This document shows, piece after piece, positions 44,753-57,590 of a stretch of DNA of 64,000 bases (positions within the stretch are counted from its first letter, which is position 1; every line of letters starts with the position of its first letter). The notes under the pieces were generated by a model. It was given only the letters and a program-made list of their open reading frames with translations. It did not search any database and was not told where the DNA came from. The stretch is taken from positions 186,001 through 250,000 of the forward strand of contig JASTWF010000346.1 of NCBI GenBank assembly GCA_030390025.1, written 5' to 3'. This DNA is from Squalus acanthias (Eukaryota). Both the position numbers and the translations under genes were made by a program.

Positions 44753-46466
44753 TGTAAGGGATTTCCCTGACCCTGCGTGTCTCGTAGCCTGTGAGATTCA
44801 CGCGGCTCTGTGCAGCCTGTATGTCAGTGCGGGTCTAGGCCTGGTTGCCTGTTCTGGTCTCCAGCCAGTCTGGGAACACTAGACACACCTGTGAGTGGTT
44901 CGAATCACTCTCCCTTACGGTTCTAGACACTGGACTTAGATGCGAGAGCAGTAATGGAGATAAAACTCATGTAGACTTGGTTTGAATGGTACGAAATGGA
45001 AAATCTTTATTGCATGATACTTAAAATTATGAAATACATGTCATAAGCACAGATTAATGACAGTACAATCTTACAAACGGTTATATAGTCGATCTTAGGG
45101 AAACGAGGAACGAACGGCACAACGTAAATAGGGGCACACATTACAAATATCCTTAATCTTTAAACCCTCCCCTATCAATATCTATCCTAAACTAGCTTCG
45201 TAGGATCTCGAGACTCATGCTCACCACTCGTGATAACTCGGAGAAATTCCGAATAGCTGATCGGATGTTTTTCACCGCAGCACCCACGTGTCGGTCAGGA
45301 GATCTCCTGGTCCCACTTGTTTACTTGCTTCTGCTGCTCCGGCTAGTAGGCTGGACCGTCTGCTGTGATGAAGACCTCTGTTGGTGGGTTTCACAGATTA
45401 GTCTTGGAGCACCGTTGTCAATATCATTGATACGATGTGTTTTCCACGTTCCAACCTCCTTAGAAGTTTAAAAAGGAAAACTTCCTGGCGAGAAAACTTG
45501 GCTGATCGACCTACAGGCGCGGTCGGGATTTACTGACCGTGGCGATGGATATGGTCTTCTTCTCTTCTCCTCTCATCTCATCTCATCTCATCTCGGGCCT
45601 TTGGTTCCGCTGCCAGTTACCAACATAGGTCTTCGTTACGCGACACGAGGTAGATCCGAACGGATCAGAAAGTTCAACAGTCTTTTCAGAAGAGGCAACA
45701 GGCACGCAGAAGCCCAACTACGAGTACACAGGAGCAGCCACGAGGTTACGAATCGACCGGATAAAACACAGGAGCAAGCGAGCGAACGCAGGAGCCCGAA
45801 CAAGAGCACGAGGCAAGAGGCAAGAGACAAGAGAGCGAGTGGACGGTTTGGGGCCTGCAATTATAGTGCAAAAATCTTCCGTTTCCCGCCCAACTATAAT
45901 GTCCATTCTTTTGTTTAGGGTTTGGCGCCCAAATGTCTTGTATGGGTGATCTCCGTCCTTAATGGGTTTCGGGGCTACTCATGAATGTTTGAGTACCTGT
46001 TAATATTTCTCCCATTGTTAAATCGGTCGGTGTTCTCCCTGGAGGGGTTTGGGGCTTCCAAGTGTCCTGTATAACTACCTGCTAACGGCTCTCTCATCGT
46101 AGAGTCGTTGGGAGTTTACATATTAATGTCCTTTGGATGGGCCCTTGATTACTCGGTACAATAGCTTTCCTTTGTACCTGGGAGACCGATTCCAGTATCT
46201 ATGTTTATACTGTAAACCCATAATGTCTCGTGTATTATCTTCACTGTGCTGAATCGTTATCGATCTTGCACAAACGTTTAATGGAACGCCATCTTGTCTG
46301 CCTGTTGAAAAGTCTAGAATGTTCTGTCACGAGGTGCGGCGGCCATTTTACAGGCTGCGTGTGTCCAATTTAAACCTGCCAGCATTCTGCTGAAATAAAA
46401 GCTGTTTGAACGAAACTTTGTGTTTTCTCCTCATTAATCAAATCGCGATATATTGCGAATTCTACA
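44753..46466 (-). repeat. 5' LTR of element A (1714 bp)
   Basis: TG...CA termini, adjacent to the PBS. Confidence 0.95.
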
Positions 46467-46780
46467 ATTGCCATGAGAATGGTACATTGTACTTGAGAAT
46501 GGTACATTGCACCTGAGAATGGTACATTGCACCTGAGGATGGTACATTGCACCTGAGAATGGTACATTGCACCTGAGGATGGTACATTGCACCTGAGAAT
46601 GGCACATTGCACCTGAGAATGGTACATTGCACCTGAGAATGGTATATTGCACCTGAGAACGGTACATTGCACCTGAGAACGGTACATTGCACCTGAGAAT
46701 GGTACATTGCACCTGAGAATGGTACATTGCACCTGAGAACGGTACATTGCACCTGAGAACGGTACATTGCACCTGAGAAT
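46467..46780. repeat. Remainder of the 20-bp satellite
   Basis: Same unit as 29645-33576. Confidence 0.95.
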
Positions 46781-48279
46781 TAAACAGCGGGAAAATACCC
46801 CAAAAACTGATGTGGGGTGGCGTGGTAATGGGAACACTGAATCGGTTAATAAAATAAAAGCCAACTCCAGTTGAGACAAAGACCACCTGGAGTAATTGAG
46901 ACGAATAGCTTCGATGCATTTAAGGGGAAGCTAGTTAAACACATGAGTGAGAAAGGATGTGTTGATGGGGTGAGATGAACATGGGTGGGAGGAGGCTCAT
47001 GTGGAACATAACCGGCATGGACCAGTTGGGCCGAATGGTCTGTCTCTGTGTTGTGCATTCTGTGTCATTCTAAGTACAAAAGAGAAATGTATTGCAATTG
47101 CCAGGAGAGAGCAGGTTATCAGGTAGATGTAGTGAACCGTGCTATAAATGAACATGCTCCGGATGTACAAAAAGTGTCCTCCGTTCATCGTGTCCAAGAC
47201 TCCTCCTATTGTAAAAGGATGTGGAAGGCTGTGTAGAGGCAGCCCTGTGAATTGATATAACGGCTCCGCTTCCACAGTCCTCTGTGAACAGGTAAGAAGA
47301 GCTCAGAAAGGGCAGCAGTCAGGCATCTTCTGAAATTGATGGCCTTTTAACGAGTCAGAACAACAGCTCAGCCCCGAAACAACAACCAAGTGTGATTTTG
47401 TTTGTGTGGTCTAAGAAGCTACTGTTCTCGTGGGTCCGTGTTGAATAAGTTCCGTGTGCTGTGGTGGGCTCTGGGCCAAGGCTGTAATGACAGCCACTTG
47501 CCAGATGTTGGCCTGGAGTCAATGGGATTTCCAGATGCTTTAGCAGCAGATTAGAGACTTACCAAAACAACCAGCGTGTGTGTGATGTTTGAATTAGTGG
47601 CAACGAGCAAGGATTGTTAGAAACCAATGGCCTGCGACTGTCAATCTATCTGCCTGTTTCTCTCTTTTGTCCCTCTTTCTACTCATTAAGAACGGATTCC
47701 TCAGAGCCGTCTCTGTGAAATTGGCATTGTTCAATTCCTAGAAACCCTGGAGGGAAAGGGGTAAGAAAGCAGCTGAGTGAATCGGACAAGCAACCTACTG
47801 CGTCACGGAGTCCTGGGGCATGATTCCCAAAATGCTCATTTACCAGTCTCCGCCAGCCCATAGTGTAGAGATGTGGATAGGAAGATGGGGACTTGTGCAG
47901 AGGGGAGGGAGAGGATATTGGTGGAGCCAGCTATCCCAGTGTCGATCTCGTGCCTCTCCGAGCTCACACTGGCGGTGCTTGTGACACAGGCCACTAGGCT
48001 AGTGAGCAATACTGACCGAGCACGTCCCCATCTTTCATTCACCTGCTGAATTAGCTGACTGCCGCACCAGGTGATGATTGGGACGGAGTATTCCGACGCC
48101 CCTTGTCACTGAGAGGGTCTTGCCCAGAGCAGGCAGTTCATTGGTAAATCACGGGCAGTGCACCCGCGATTCTTCAGTGAGGCACCCGCTGAGTGGGAGG
48201 CCCCTTGGGGGCATCGGAGAATCCAGCCTCGTATATTCAGGCGAGGGGGAGGGGTCTGGCTTGTGATCTCTAGATTGAT

Positions 48280-49535
48280 TGATTCCTGGGTTGAGAGGGT
48301 TTTCCTATGAGGAGAGATTGAGTAGAATGGGCTTATATTCTCTGGAGTTTAGAAGAATGAAATGTATAAAATTCTTAGAGGGCTTGACAGGGTAGATGCT
48401 GAGAGGCTGTTTCACCTGGCTGGAGAGTCTCGAACTAGGGGGCATAGGCTCAGGATAAGGGGTCGGCCATTTAGGACTGAGATGAGGAGAAATTTCTTCA
48501 CTGGGAGGGTTGTGAATCTTTGGAATTCTTTACCCCAAAGGGCTGTGGATGCTGAATCGTTGAGTATATTCAAGACTGAGATCGAAGATTTTTATGCACT
48601 AAGCAAGTAACATTCGAGCCACACAAGTGCCAGGCAATGACTATCTCCAATAACCGAGAGTCTAACCACCTCCCCTTGACATTCAATCGCATTACCATCG
48701 CCGAATCTCCCAACATCAACATCCTGGGGGGTCACCATTGACCAGAAACTTAACTGGACCAGCCACATAAATAGTGTGGCTACAAGAGCAGGTCAGAGGC
48801 TAGGTATTCTGTGGCGAGTGTCTCACCTCCTGACTCTCCAAAGCCTTTCTATGATCTACAAGGTACAAGTCAGGAGTGATGGAATACTCTCCACTTGCCT
48901 GGATGAGTGCAGCTCCAACAACACTCAAGAAGCTTGACACCATCCAAGACAAAGCAGCCCGCTTGATTGCCAACCCATCCACCACCTTAAACATTCACTC
49001 CCTCCACCACTGGCGTACCGTGGCTGCAGTGTGTACCATCTACAAGATGCACTGCAGCAACTCGCCAAGGCTGCTTTGACAGCACCTCCCAAACCTGCGA
49101 CCTCTTCCTCCTAGAAGGACAAGGGCAGCAGGCGCATGGGAACACCACCACCTCCAAGTTCCCCTCCAAATCACACACCGTCCTGACTTAGAAGTATATC
49201 GCCGATCTTTCATCGTCGCTGTGTCAAAATCCTGGAACTCCCTCCCTAACAGCACTGTGGGAGTACCTTCACCACACGGACTGCAGCGGTTCAAGAAGGC
49301 GGTTCACCACCACCTTCTCGAGGGCAATTAGGGATGGGCAATAAATGCTGGCCTTGCCAGCGATGCCCACATCCCATAAACGAATTTAAAAAAAACGCAC
49401 TAAGGGAATTGAGGGATATACCGATCAGGCAGGAAAATGGCGATGAGGTTGAAGATCAGCCATGATCTTATTGAATGGCGGAGCAGGCTCGAGGGTTCCA
49501 TATGGCCGACTCCTGCTCCTAATACTCATGTTCTT
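48280..49535 (+). mobile_element. CR1 3' fragment interrupted by a second LINE 3' fragment (48604-49396)
   Basis: The insert encodes ILGVTIDQKLNW...MEYSPLAW...LDTIQDKAARLI, has an A tail and an 8-bp TSD GCACTAAG (48596-48603, 49397-49404). Confidence 0.8.
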
Positions 49536-49764
49536 AATTACTTTGTCAGAGGGAGAGGTTGATGCTTCCTAATGACTCCTCCTGCTCAAAGTGATCGTGT
49601 GCGCAGAGCAACAGACTCGGCTGGGGCACATCCTTCGGGTCAAATAGTCGGCAAATACTCATTGGCTCATGCATGACCAATGGGGTACTGAGCAAAGTAT
49701 CGGTCTGTAACCTGTGGAGCAGTACTCAACAGTCAGTACCTTCGGGAGAGCAGAGGTAAGAAGA

Positions 49765-50222
49765 AAAGAAAAGAACTTGCATTTATATAGCGCCCTTCAC
49801 AGCCTCAGGACGTCCCAAAGTGCTCTACAGCCAATGAAGTACTTTTGAAGTGTAGTCACTGTTGTAATGTAGGAAACGTGGCAGCCGATTTGCGCACAGC
49901 AAGCTCCCACAAACAGCAATGTGACAATGACCAGTGATGTTGGTTGAGGGATAAATATTGGCCCAGGACTCCGGGGAGAACTCCCCCTCCTCTTCTTCAA
50001 AATAGTGGCCGTGGGATCTTTTACGTACAACTGAGAGGATGGATGGGGCCCTGGTTTAAGGTCTCATCCAAAAGACAGCACCTCCGGCAGTGCAGCGCTC
50101 CCTCAGTACCGCACTGGGACAGTCAGCCTGGATTATGAGCTCAAGTCTCTGGAGTGGGACTCAAACCCACGATGTTCTGACTCAGAGGTGAGAGTGCGAC
50201 CCACTGAGCCAAGGTTGACACC
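49765..50222 (-). mobile_element. SacSINE1/DeuSINE-like SINE
   Basis: Match to the other copies. Confidence 0.8.
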
Positions 50223-50826
50223 ACAATGCAATGTAACACGGAACCCCCCGGGGGTTACGTGGAGTGCAGTGTCACCAGGAGGCAACGAATAGCCGAGTTC
50301 AAGTCCACAGTCTCAGGAATTCTCGGTGTGTGGGAAATCCCACACAAGCCCAGGCCAAGCTGAAACATCAAACCATGGCCTGGGCGCCTTGGGAGACGCC
50401 TGTCACTATTTCCCACAGTGCCAGGCATTTACCTCCGTTGCTCAGACTTCCTTTTAGTTTCCCAGGGCTTGAATTTAACATCAACTCGATAGGAAAATGC
50501 CAGTGAAATTCCTTAATGCTGCTGGCCCCCTTATTCTGCCCAGTGCTGGTGAGATCAGTTGTCAGAATTACAAGATCCATTGGCGAACACTGTGGAAAAA
50601 AATGGATGGAGAAATTAATTCTACGGCTATTATTTTCTAAATTGTGCTGGCGGGATGGGCTGATGCCATGATGTCCTTTTGTCTCGAGGATTTAGGATTG
50701 AATCCAGCCCAGACTGACGGGAGGATAATTTCCTCTCTCCGACACCTGTGAGGAGCCCAAGGAATAGGGGTCGGTGCAGATTTAACTCAGTGAGCGTGAA
50801 GTCACAGCACAAAACTGTTTGCAATT

Positions 50827-51607
50827 GAGGAAGAAGGGAAGAAGGAAGGACGGAGGAGGGAGGGAGGGGAGGAAGGAGGGAGGAGGGAGGGAGGGAGGGG
50901 AGGAAGGGAAGAAGGGAGGGAGGAAGGGAAGAAGGAAGGAGGGAGGAGGGAGGGATGAAATGAGGAAGGGAAGAAGGGAGGGAGGAAGGGAAGAAGGAAG
51001 GAGGGAGGAGGGAGGGATGAAATGAGGAAGGGAAGAAGGGAGGGAGGAAGGGAAGAAGGAAGGAGGGAGGAGGGAGGGATGAAGGGAGGAAGGGAAGAAG
51101 GGAGGGAGGAAGGGAAGAAGGAAGGAGGGAGGAGGGAAGGAGGGAGGGAGGAAGGGAAGAAGGGAGGGAGGAAGAGAAGAAGGAAGGAGGGAGGAGGGAG
51201 GATGAAGGGAGGAAGGGAAGAAGGGAGGGAGGGAGGAAGGGAAGAAGGAAGGAGGGAGGAGGGAGGATGAAGGGAGGGAGGAAGGGAAGAAGGAGGGAGG
51301 AAAAAGGGAGGGAACGAGGGTGGGAGGAAGGGAAGAAGGGGGAAGTAGGGAGAGAAGGAGTGAGGCAAGGAGGAAGGGAGGAAGGAGGAAGGGAGGGAGG
51401 GAAGGAGGGAGGAAAAAAGTAGGGTGGGAGGGAGGGAGGGAGTAAGGGAAGAAGGAAGGGAAGGGAGAAAGAAGGAAGGATGGAGAGAGGAAGGATGGAG
51501 AGAGGAGGGAAGTAAGGAGGGAAGGAGGGAGTGAATGAGGGAGGGAGGAAGGGAAGAAGGAAAAGAAGGAAGGGGAAGGAGGGAGGGAAGGAAGGAAGGA
51601 AAGAAAG
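50827..51607. repeat. Polypurine (GGA/GAA-rich) low-complexity tract, probably an expanded SINE tail
   Basis: Almost pure A/G on the plus strand; abuts the 3' end of a minus-strand SINE fragment (51608-51725). Confidence 0.9.
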
Positions 51608-52031
51608 ACTTGAATTTCTATCGCGCCTTTCAGCACCTCAGGATGTTCCAAAGCCCTTGCAGCCAATGAGGTGCTTTTGAAGTGTGGTCACTGTTGCAAT
51701 GTGGGAAACGCAGCAGCCAATCTGCGAATGGTTGTGTTGTGGTTCCCTCGAGTGGCTGCTGACATTTCCTGTTGTGGTTCACACATGAGGAATGGTCATT
51801 TATAATGACTGGTAATCATGGACCCGTCAAAAGCCAACACACCTTCAGGAACGGGGAGAAAGTTAGCAAAATACATGCGTTTAGCATCCTAGAAAATGTA
51901 AACCCCAGCCATCACGTAGGAAATAAATGTCGATCCAATCTTCAATTCAAACTCAGTGGAGCCAAGTCTTGAGCCTGCAGGAAATGTTTGGACACCAGCT
52001 TTCACCTGAGATATCCCACAGAGAGAGCTCC

Positions 52032-54760
52032 GTGTCAGCCGTGGCTCAGTGGGCAGCACCCTCACCTCTGGGTCAGAAGGTTGTGGGTTCAAGTCCCACT
52101 CCAGAGACTTGAGCACAAAATCTAGACTGACACTCCATTGCAGTACTGAGAGAACCCCGCACTGTCAGAGGGGCAGTACCGAGGGAGTGCTGCACTGTCG
52201 GAGGGGCAGTACTGAGGGAGTGCTGCACTGTCGGAGGGGCAGTACTGAGGGAGTGCTGCACTGTCAGAGGGGCAGCACTGAGGGAGTGCTGCACTGTCAG
52301 AGGGGCAGTACTGAGGGAGTGCTGCACTATTGGAGGTGCAGTACTGAGGGAGTTCTGCACTGTCGGAGGACAGTACTGAGGGAGTGCCGCACTGTCGGAG
52401 GGGCAGTACTGAGGGAGTGCTGCACTGTCGGAGGGGCAGTACTGAGGGAGTGCTGCACTGTCGGAGGGGCAGTACTGAGGGAGTGCTGCACTGTCGGAGG
52501 GGCAGTACTGAGGGAGTGCTGCACTATCGGAGGGGCAGTACTGAGGGAGTGCTGCACTGTCGGAGGGGCAGTACTGAAGGAGCACTGCACTGTCGGAGGG
52601 GCAGTACTGAGGGAGTGCTGCACTGTCGGAGGATCAGTACTGAGGGAGCACTGCACTGTCAGAGGGGCAGCACTGAGGGAGCGTCGCACTGTCAGAGGGG
52701 CAGTACTGAGGGAGTGCTGCACTGTTGGGGGGGGCAGTAATGAGGGAGCGCTGCACTGTTGGGGGGGCAGTAATGAGGGAGCGCTGCACTGGTGGAGGGG
52801 CAGTACTGAGGGAGTGCTGCACTGTCAGAGGGGCAGTACTGAGGGAGTGCTGCACTGTTGGAGGGGCAGTACTGAGGGAGTGCTGCACTGTCGGAGGGGC
52901 AGTACTGAGGGAGTGCTGCACTATCGGAGGGGCAGTACTGAGGGAGTGCTGCACTGTCGGAGGGGCAGTACTGAGGGAGTGCTGCACTGTCGGAGGGGCA
53001 GTACTGAGGGAGTGCTGCACTGTCGGAGGGTCAGTACTGAGGGAGTGCTGCACTGTTGGAGGGGCAGTACTGAGGGAGCGCTGCACTGTCGGAGGGGCAG
53101 TACTGAGGGAGCCCTGCACTATTGGAGGGGCAGTACTGAGGGAGTTCTGCACTGTCGGAGGGGCAGTACTGAGGGAATGCTGCACTGTCGGAGGGGCAGT
53201 ACTGAGGGAGTGCTGCACTGTCGGAGGGGCAGTACTGAGGGAGTGCTGCACTATCGGAGGGGCAGTACTGAGGGAGTGCTGCACTGTCGAAGGGGCAGTA
53301 CTGAAGGAGCACTGCACTGTTGGAGGGGCAGTACTGAGGGAGTGCTGCACTGTCGGAGGATCAGTACTGAGGGAGCGCTGCACTGTCAGAGGGGCAGTAC
53401 TGAGGGAGCGTTGCACTGTCAGAGGGGCAGTACTGAGGGAGTGCTGCACTGTTGGGGGGGCAGTAATGAGGGAGCGCTGCACTGTCAGGGGGGGGCAGTA
53501 ATGAGGGAGCGCTGCACTGGTGGAGGGGCAGTACTGAGGGAGTGCTGCACTGGTGGAGGGGCAGTACTGAGGGAGTGCTGCACTGTCAGAGGGGCAGTAC
53601 TGAGGGAGTGCTGCACTGTTGGAGGGGCAGTACTGAGGGAGTGCTGCTCTGTTGGAGGGGCAGTACTGAGGGAGTGCTGCACTGTCAGAGGGGCAGCATG
53701 AGGGAGTGCTGCACTGTCAGAGGGGCAGTACTGAGGGAGTGCTGCACTATTGGAGGGGCAGTACTGAGGGAGTTCTGCACTGTCGGAGGACAGTACTGAG
53801 GGATTGCTGCACTGTCGGAGGGGCAGTACTGAGGGAGTGCTGCACTGTCGGAGGGGCAGTACTGAGGGAGTGCTGCACTATCGGAGGGGCAGTACTGAGG
53901 GAGTGCTGCACTGTCGGAGGGGCAGTACTGAAGGAGCGCTGCACTGTCGGAGGGGCAGTACTGAGGGAGTTCTGCACTGTCGGAGGGGCAGTACTGAGGG
54001 AGTGCTGCTCTGTCGGAGGGGTAGTACTGAGGGACTGCTGCACTGTTAGAGGGGCAGTACTGAGGGAGTGCTGCACTGTCAGAGGGGCAGTACTGAGGGA
54101 GCGCTGCACTGTCGGAGGGGCAGTACTGAGGGAGCGCCGCACTGTCAGAGGGGCAGTACTGAAGGAGTGCTGCACTGTCGGAGGGGCAGTACTGAGGGAG
54201 TGCTGCACTGTCGGAGGGGCAGTACTGAGGGAGTGCTGCACTGTCGGAGGGGCAGTACTGAGGGAGTGCTGCACTGTCGGAGGGGCAGTACTGAGGGAGT
54301 GCTGCACTGTCGGAGGGGCAGTACTGCGGGAGCCTTGCACTGTCGGAGGGGCAGTACTGAGGGAGCGCTGCACTGTCGGAGGGGCAGTACTGCGGGAGCC
54401 TTGCACTGTCGGAGGGGCAGTACTGAGGGAGTGCTGTACTGATGGAGGTGCCGTATTTCGGATGATACATTAAATCGAGGATCCATCTGCCCTCTTAGGT
54501 GGACATAAAAGATCCCATGGCACTATTTCAAAGAAGAGCAGGGGGAGTTCTCCCTGGTGTCCTGGGGCCAATATTTATCCCTCAACCAACAACACTAAAA
54601 CAGATTATCTGGTCATTATCACATTGATGTTTGTAGGAGCTTGCTGTGCGCAAATTGGCTGCCGCGTTTCCTACAATTCAAAGTACTTCATTAGCTGTAA
54701 AGTGCTTTGAGACATCCTGAGGTTGTGCGAGGTGCTGTACAAATGCAAGTCTTTCTTTAC
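52032..54760 (+). mobile_element. SacSINE1/DeuSINE-like SINE with internal 33-bp unit amplified about 70 times
   Basis: tRNA-like head 52032-52140, array 52141-54440, Deu-like body and tail to about 54760. Confidence 0.9.
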
Positions 54761-55049
54761 TTTTCTGACTGCTGGGCTCCTACACACAGCAAAGGTGTGA
54801 AAGTGAGCAGCTGTCCTCAGGGATGTTATTGAATATCTCCTGGTGGCATTGGCCGGGGTTAAGGACCAGTTAATTTTTAACAGTCAGATATAACGCACAT
54901 GACTGGTCCACATTTTCCTTTTGCCATTTAACGGAAGGGAAGGAAGGAGGGAGGGAGGGAGGGAGGAAGGGAATGAGCAACAAGGCACATCATACAACAA
55001 CTCATGTAATGGAGAACACTTGGCGTTCGACCGGGATGGGCTGATCACT

Positions 55050-55570
55050 CAGATTCATTACAGGAAGGATGTGATTGCACTAGAGAGGGTGCAGAGGAGA
55101 ATTACGAGGATGCTGCCAGGACTGGGGAATTTTAACAGTGAGGAACGATTGGATAGGCTGGGGTTGTTTTTGTTGGAACAGGGGAGGCTGAGGGGAGAGT
55201 TAATTGATGTGTATACAATTATGAGGAGCCTAGATAGAGTGGATAGGAAGGACCTATTTCCCTTAGTTATTTCCCTTAGCAGAGAGGTCAATAACCAGGG
55301 GGCATAGATTTAAAGTAATTGGTCGGATTAGAGGGGAGTTGAGGAGAACTTTTTCACCCAGAGGGTGGTGCGGATCTGGAACTCACTGTCTGAAGGGGTG
55401 GTAGAGGCAGAAACCCGCATCACATTTAAAAAGTACTTGGATTTGCACCTGAAATGCTGTAACCTACAGGCTACGGACCAAGGGATTAGGCTGGGTCACT
55501 CTTTTTCATCCGGCGCAGACACAATGGGCCGAAATGGCCTCCTTCTGTGCCGTAAATATCTATGATTCAA
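55050..55570 (+). mobile_element. CR1 LINE 3' fragment
   Basis: YRKDVIALERVQRR...ERLDRLGLF coding remnant and 3' UTR. Confidence 0.8.
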
Positions 55571-57199
55571 CGTGGAAAAGTCAAACTCATGGGCTGGGAT
55601 TCTGTGATGTAAAGATTGTAAAGGAAAAAGAACTAAACCTATTTAATAGCACGGTTCAGTTTGCACGTCCCACCCTCTATGAGTGTCATGGGACATCAGC
55701 CACAGAAATCTTTGGAAATTTATGCAACAGGAAGTGACCGGAGCAGCACAGGCTTCTAAAATTAGTTAAAATAATAAACAGCATTTGGTCTCCATTCCCA
55801 TGGAAATGCAATGAATTCATGTCATTATTAGGGTGGTGCCACAATTCTAAATGTTATCGTTCTGAACAAGCTGCTGTCTGATCCACCAAAGGACAGCGTT
55901 GATATTTCATCTGGACCGAGAATCTCTTTAGATTAATGGTTTAAGACTTGCAGGTTCCAAGAATCCACATTCCAGGCAGTTCAGAACTCTCAAACTTGCA
56001 TTCATATAGCGCCTTTGACACCAGGTCACTTAAGGAGATATTAGGACAGGTGACCAAAGGTTTGGTCAAAGAGGGAGGTTTTAAGGAGCGTTTTAAAGGA
56101 GAGAGAGGTAGAGAGGCGGAGAGGTTTAGGGAGGGAATTCCAGAGTTTAGGCCTAGGCTGCTGAAGGCATAGCCGCCAATGGTAGAGCGATGAAAATTCA
56201 GGGATGCGGAAGAGGCCAGAATTGGAGGAGCGCAGAGATCTCGGAGGGTTGTAGGGCTGGAGGAGGTTACAGAGATAGGGAGGGGCGAGGCCATGGAGGG
56301 ATTTGAACACGAGGATGAGAATTACAAAGTCTCGGTCATTGTTCCCAGCAAATGGGCTCATCCCATTCACTCATCCCGTGTGCGGTGGGCCACCAGGGCA
56401 GCCAGCCTCCAGAAGAGCAGAGTTAACCAACCTCTTCTTCTGCCCTGGGAGTGAAGCCTTTCATTCATTGAGCTACATTTTGTTCTCTGGAAGGGTGTGA
56501 TTGGCCTGGAGAGAGATGCCAGTGTGATTGGCCCTCACAGATCCACGGCTGCGGCCTGTGAGTTTTTAAAATTTGTTTATGGGATGTGGGCGTCGCTGGC
56601 AAGGCCAGCATTTATTGCCCATCCCTAATTGCCCTTAATGGTTCATTCTCCCCACCCTTTGTCAATGTCACTGGAATCAATCACCAGACGGTGCGAGAGT
56701 GCGGCCTGGGATGGTTCACTCTCTGATTCTCCTTCCCAGTCCTCCACTCAGCCTTCACTTCCAGAGACATGGCTGTGATCTGGAACTTGACGTGAATGTA
56801 TATATTACTCCTGTATGTACCTTGAGGGATTTGATTGGATCTGTATGGGGCAATTGATGGAGATTCAAAATAGATGTGTATCATTCACAGTGTCAATGGA
56901 TCCAAATGGAGAAAGGTTCGTGGAGATCACAAATGGGGTAAGGTTGAGGAAGTTCAAATTAATCTGAATGGAGCTCAACAGGAAAACCCAGATAGTGCAA
57001 ATCCAGATTTTAAAATGCTTCTAAAAAATCAACATTATTTAAAACAGGGACTGGCAGGGCTAATCTTAATAAGGAGGGAGGGTTGGATAAATTTCTTCAC
57101 TCAGAAAGGTTGTAAAAGCATGATATGTGGTCTCCTTACCTAATTATCAGGAATTTTGGTCTCCTTAGTTAAGGAAGGATATACTTCCCCAGGGGTCAT

Positions 57200-57590
57200 A
57201 GTCTTAGGATATCCTAGTTCCAGACTCCCCAGCCAGGGGAAACAGCCTCTCAGCATTTACCCTGTCAATCCCCTTCAGAATCTTGTATGTTTCAATGAGA
57301 TCATCTCTCATTCTTCTAAACTCCAGAGAGTATTGGCCCATTCTACACAATCTCTCCTCAGAGGACAGCCCTCTCATCCCAGGAATCATTCTAGTGAACC
57401 TTCGTTGCAGCGCCTCCAAGGCAAGTATATCCTTCCTCAGATAAGGAGACCAAAACTGTGCACAGTACTCCAGGTGTGGTCTCACCAAGGCCCTGTACAA
57501 TTGTAGCAAGACTTTCTTACTCTTATACTCCAACCCCCTTGCAATAAAGGCCAACATGCCATTTGCCTTCCTAGTTGCTTGCTGTACCTG
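57200..57590 (-). mobile_element. CR1 LINE fragment
   Basis: KANGMLAFI...RPHLEYCAQFWSP. Confidence 0.8.

Larger units (their letters stand above)
33577..46466 (-). mobile_element. Element A: full-length lokiretrovirus-like provirus (12,890 bp) with 4-bp TSD ATTG
   Basis: Paired LTRs, PBS, PPT, gag-pol-env; ATTG at 33573-33576 and 46467-46470. Confidence 0.95.

Noticed and set aside
50782..51666. Pro/Ser/Leu/Phe-rich and Gly/Arg/Glu-rich ORFs
   Set aside because: Low-complexity polypurine tract.
52049..54486. Long Cys-rich repetitive ORFs
   Set aside because: Translations of the 33-bp SINE-derived array.
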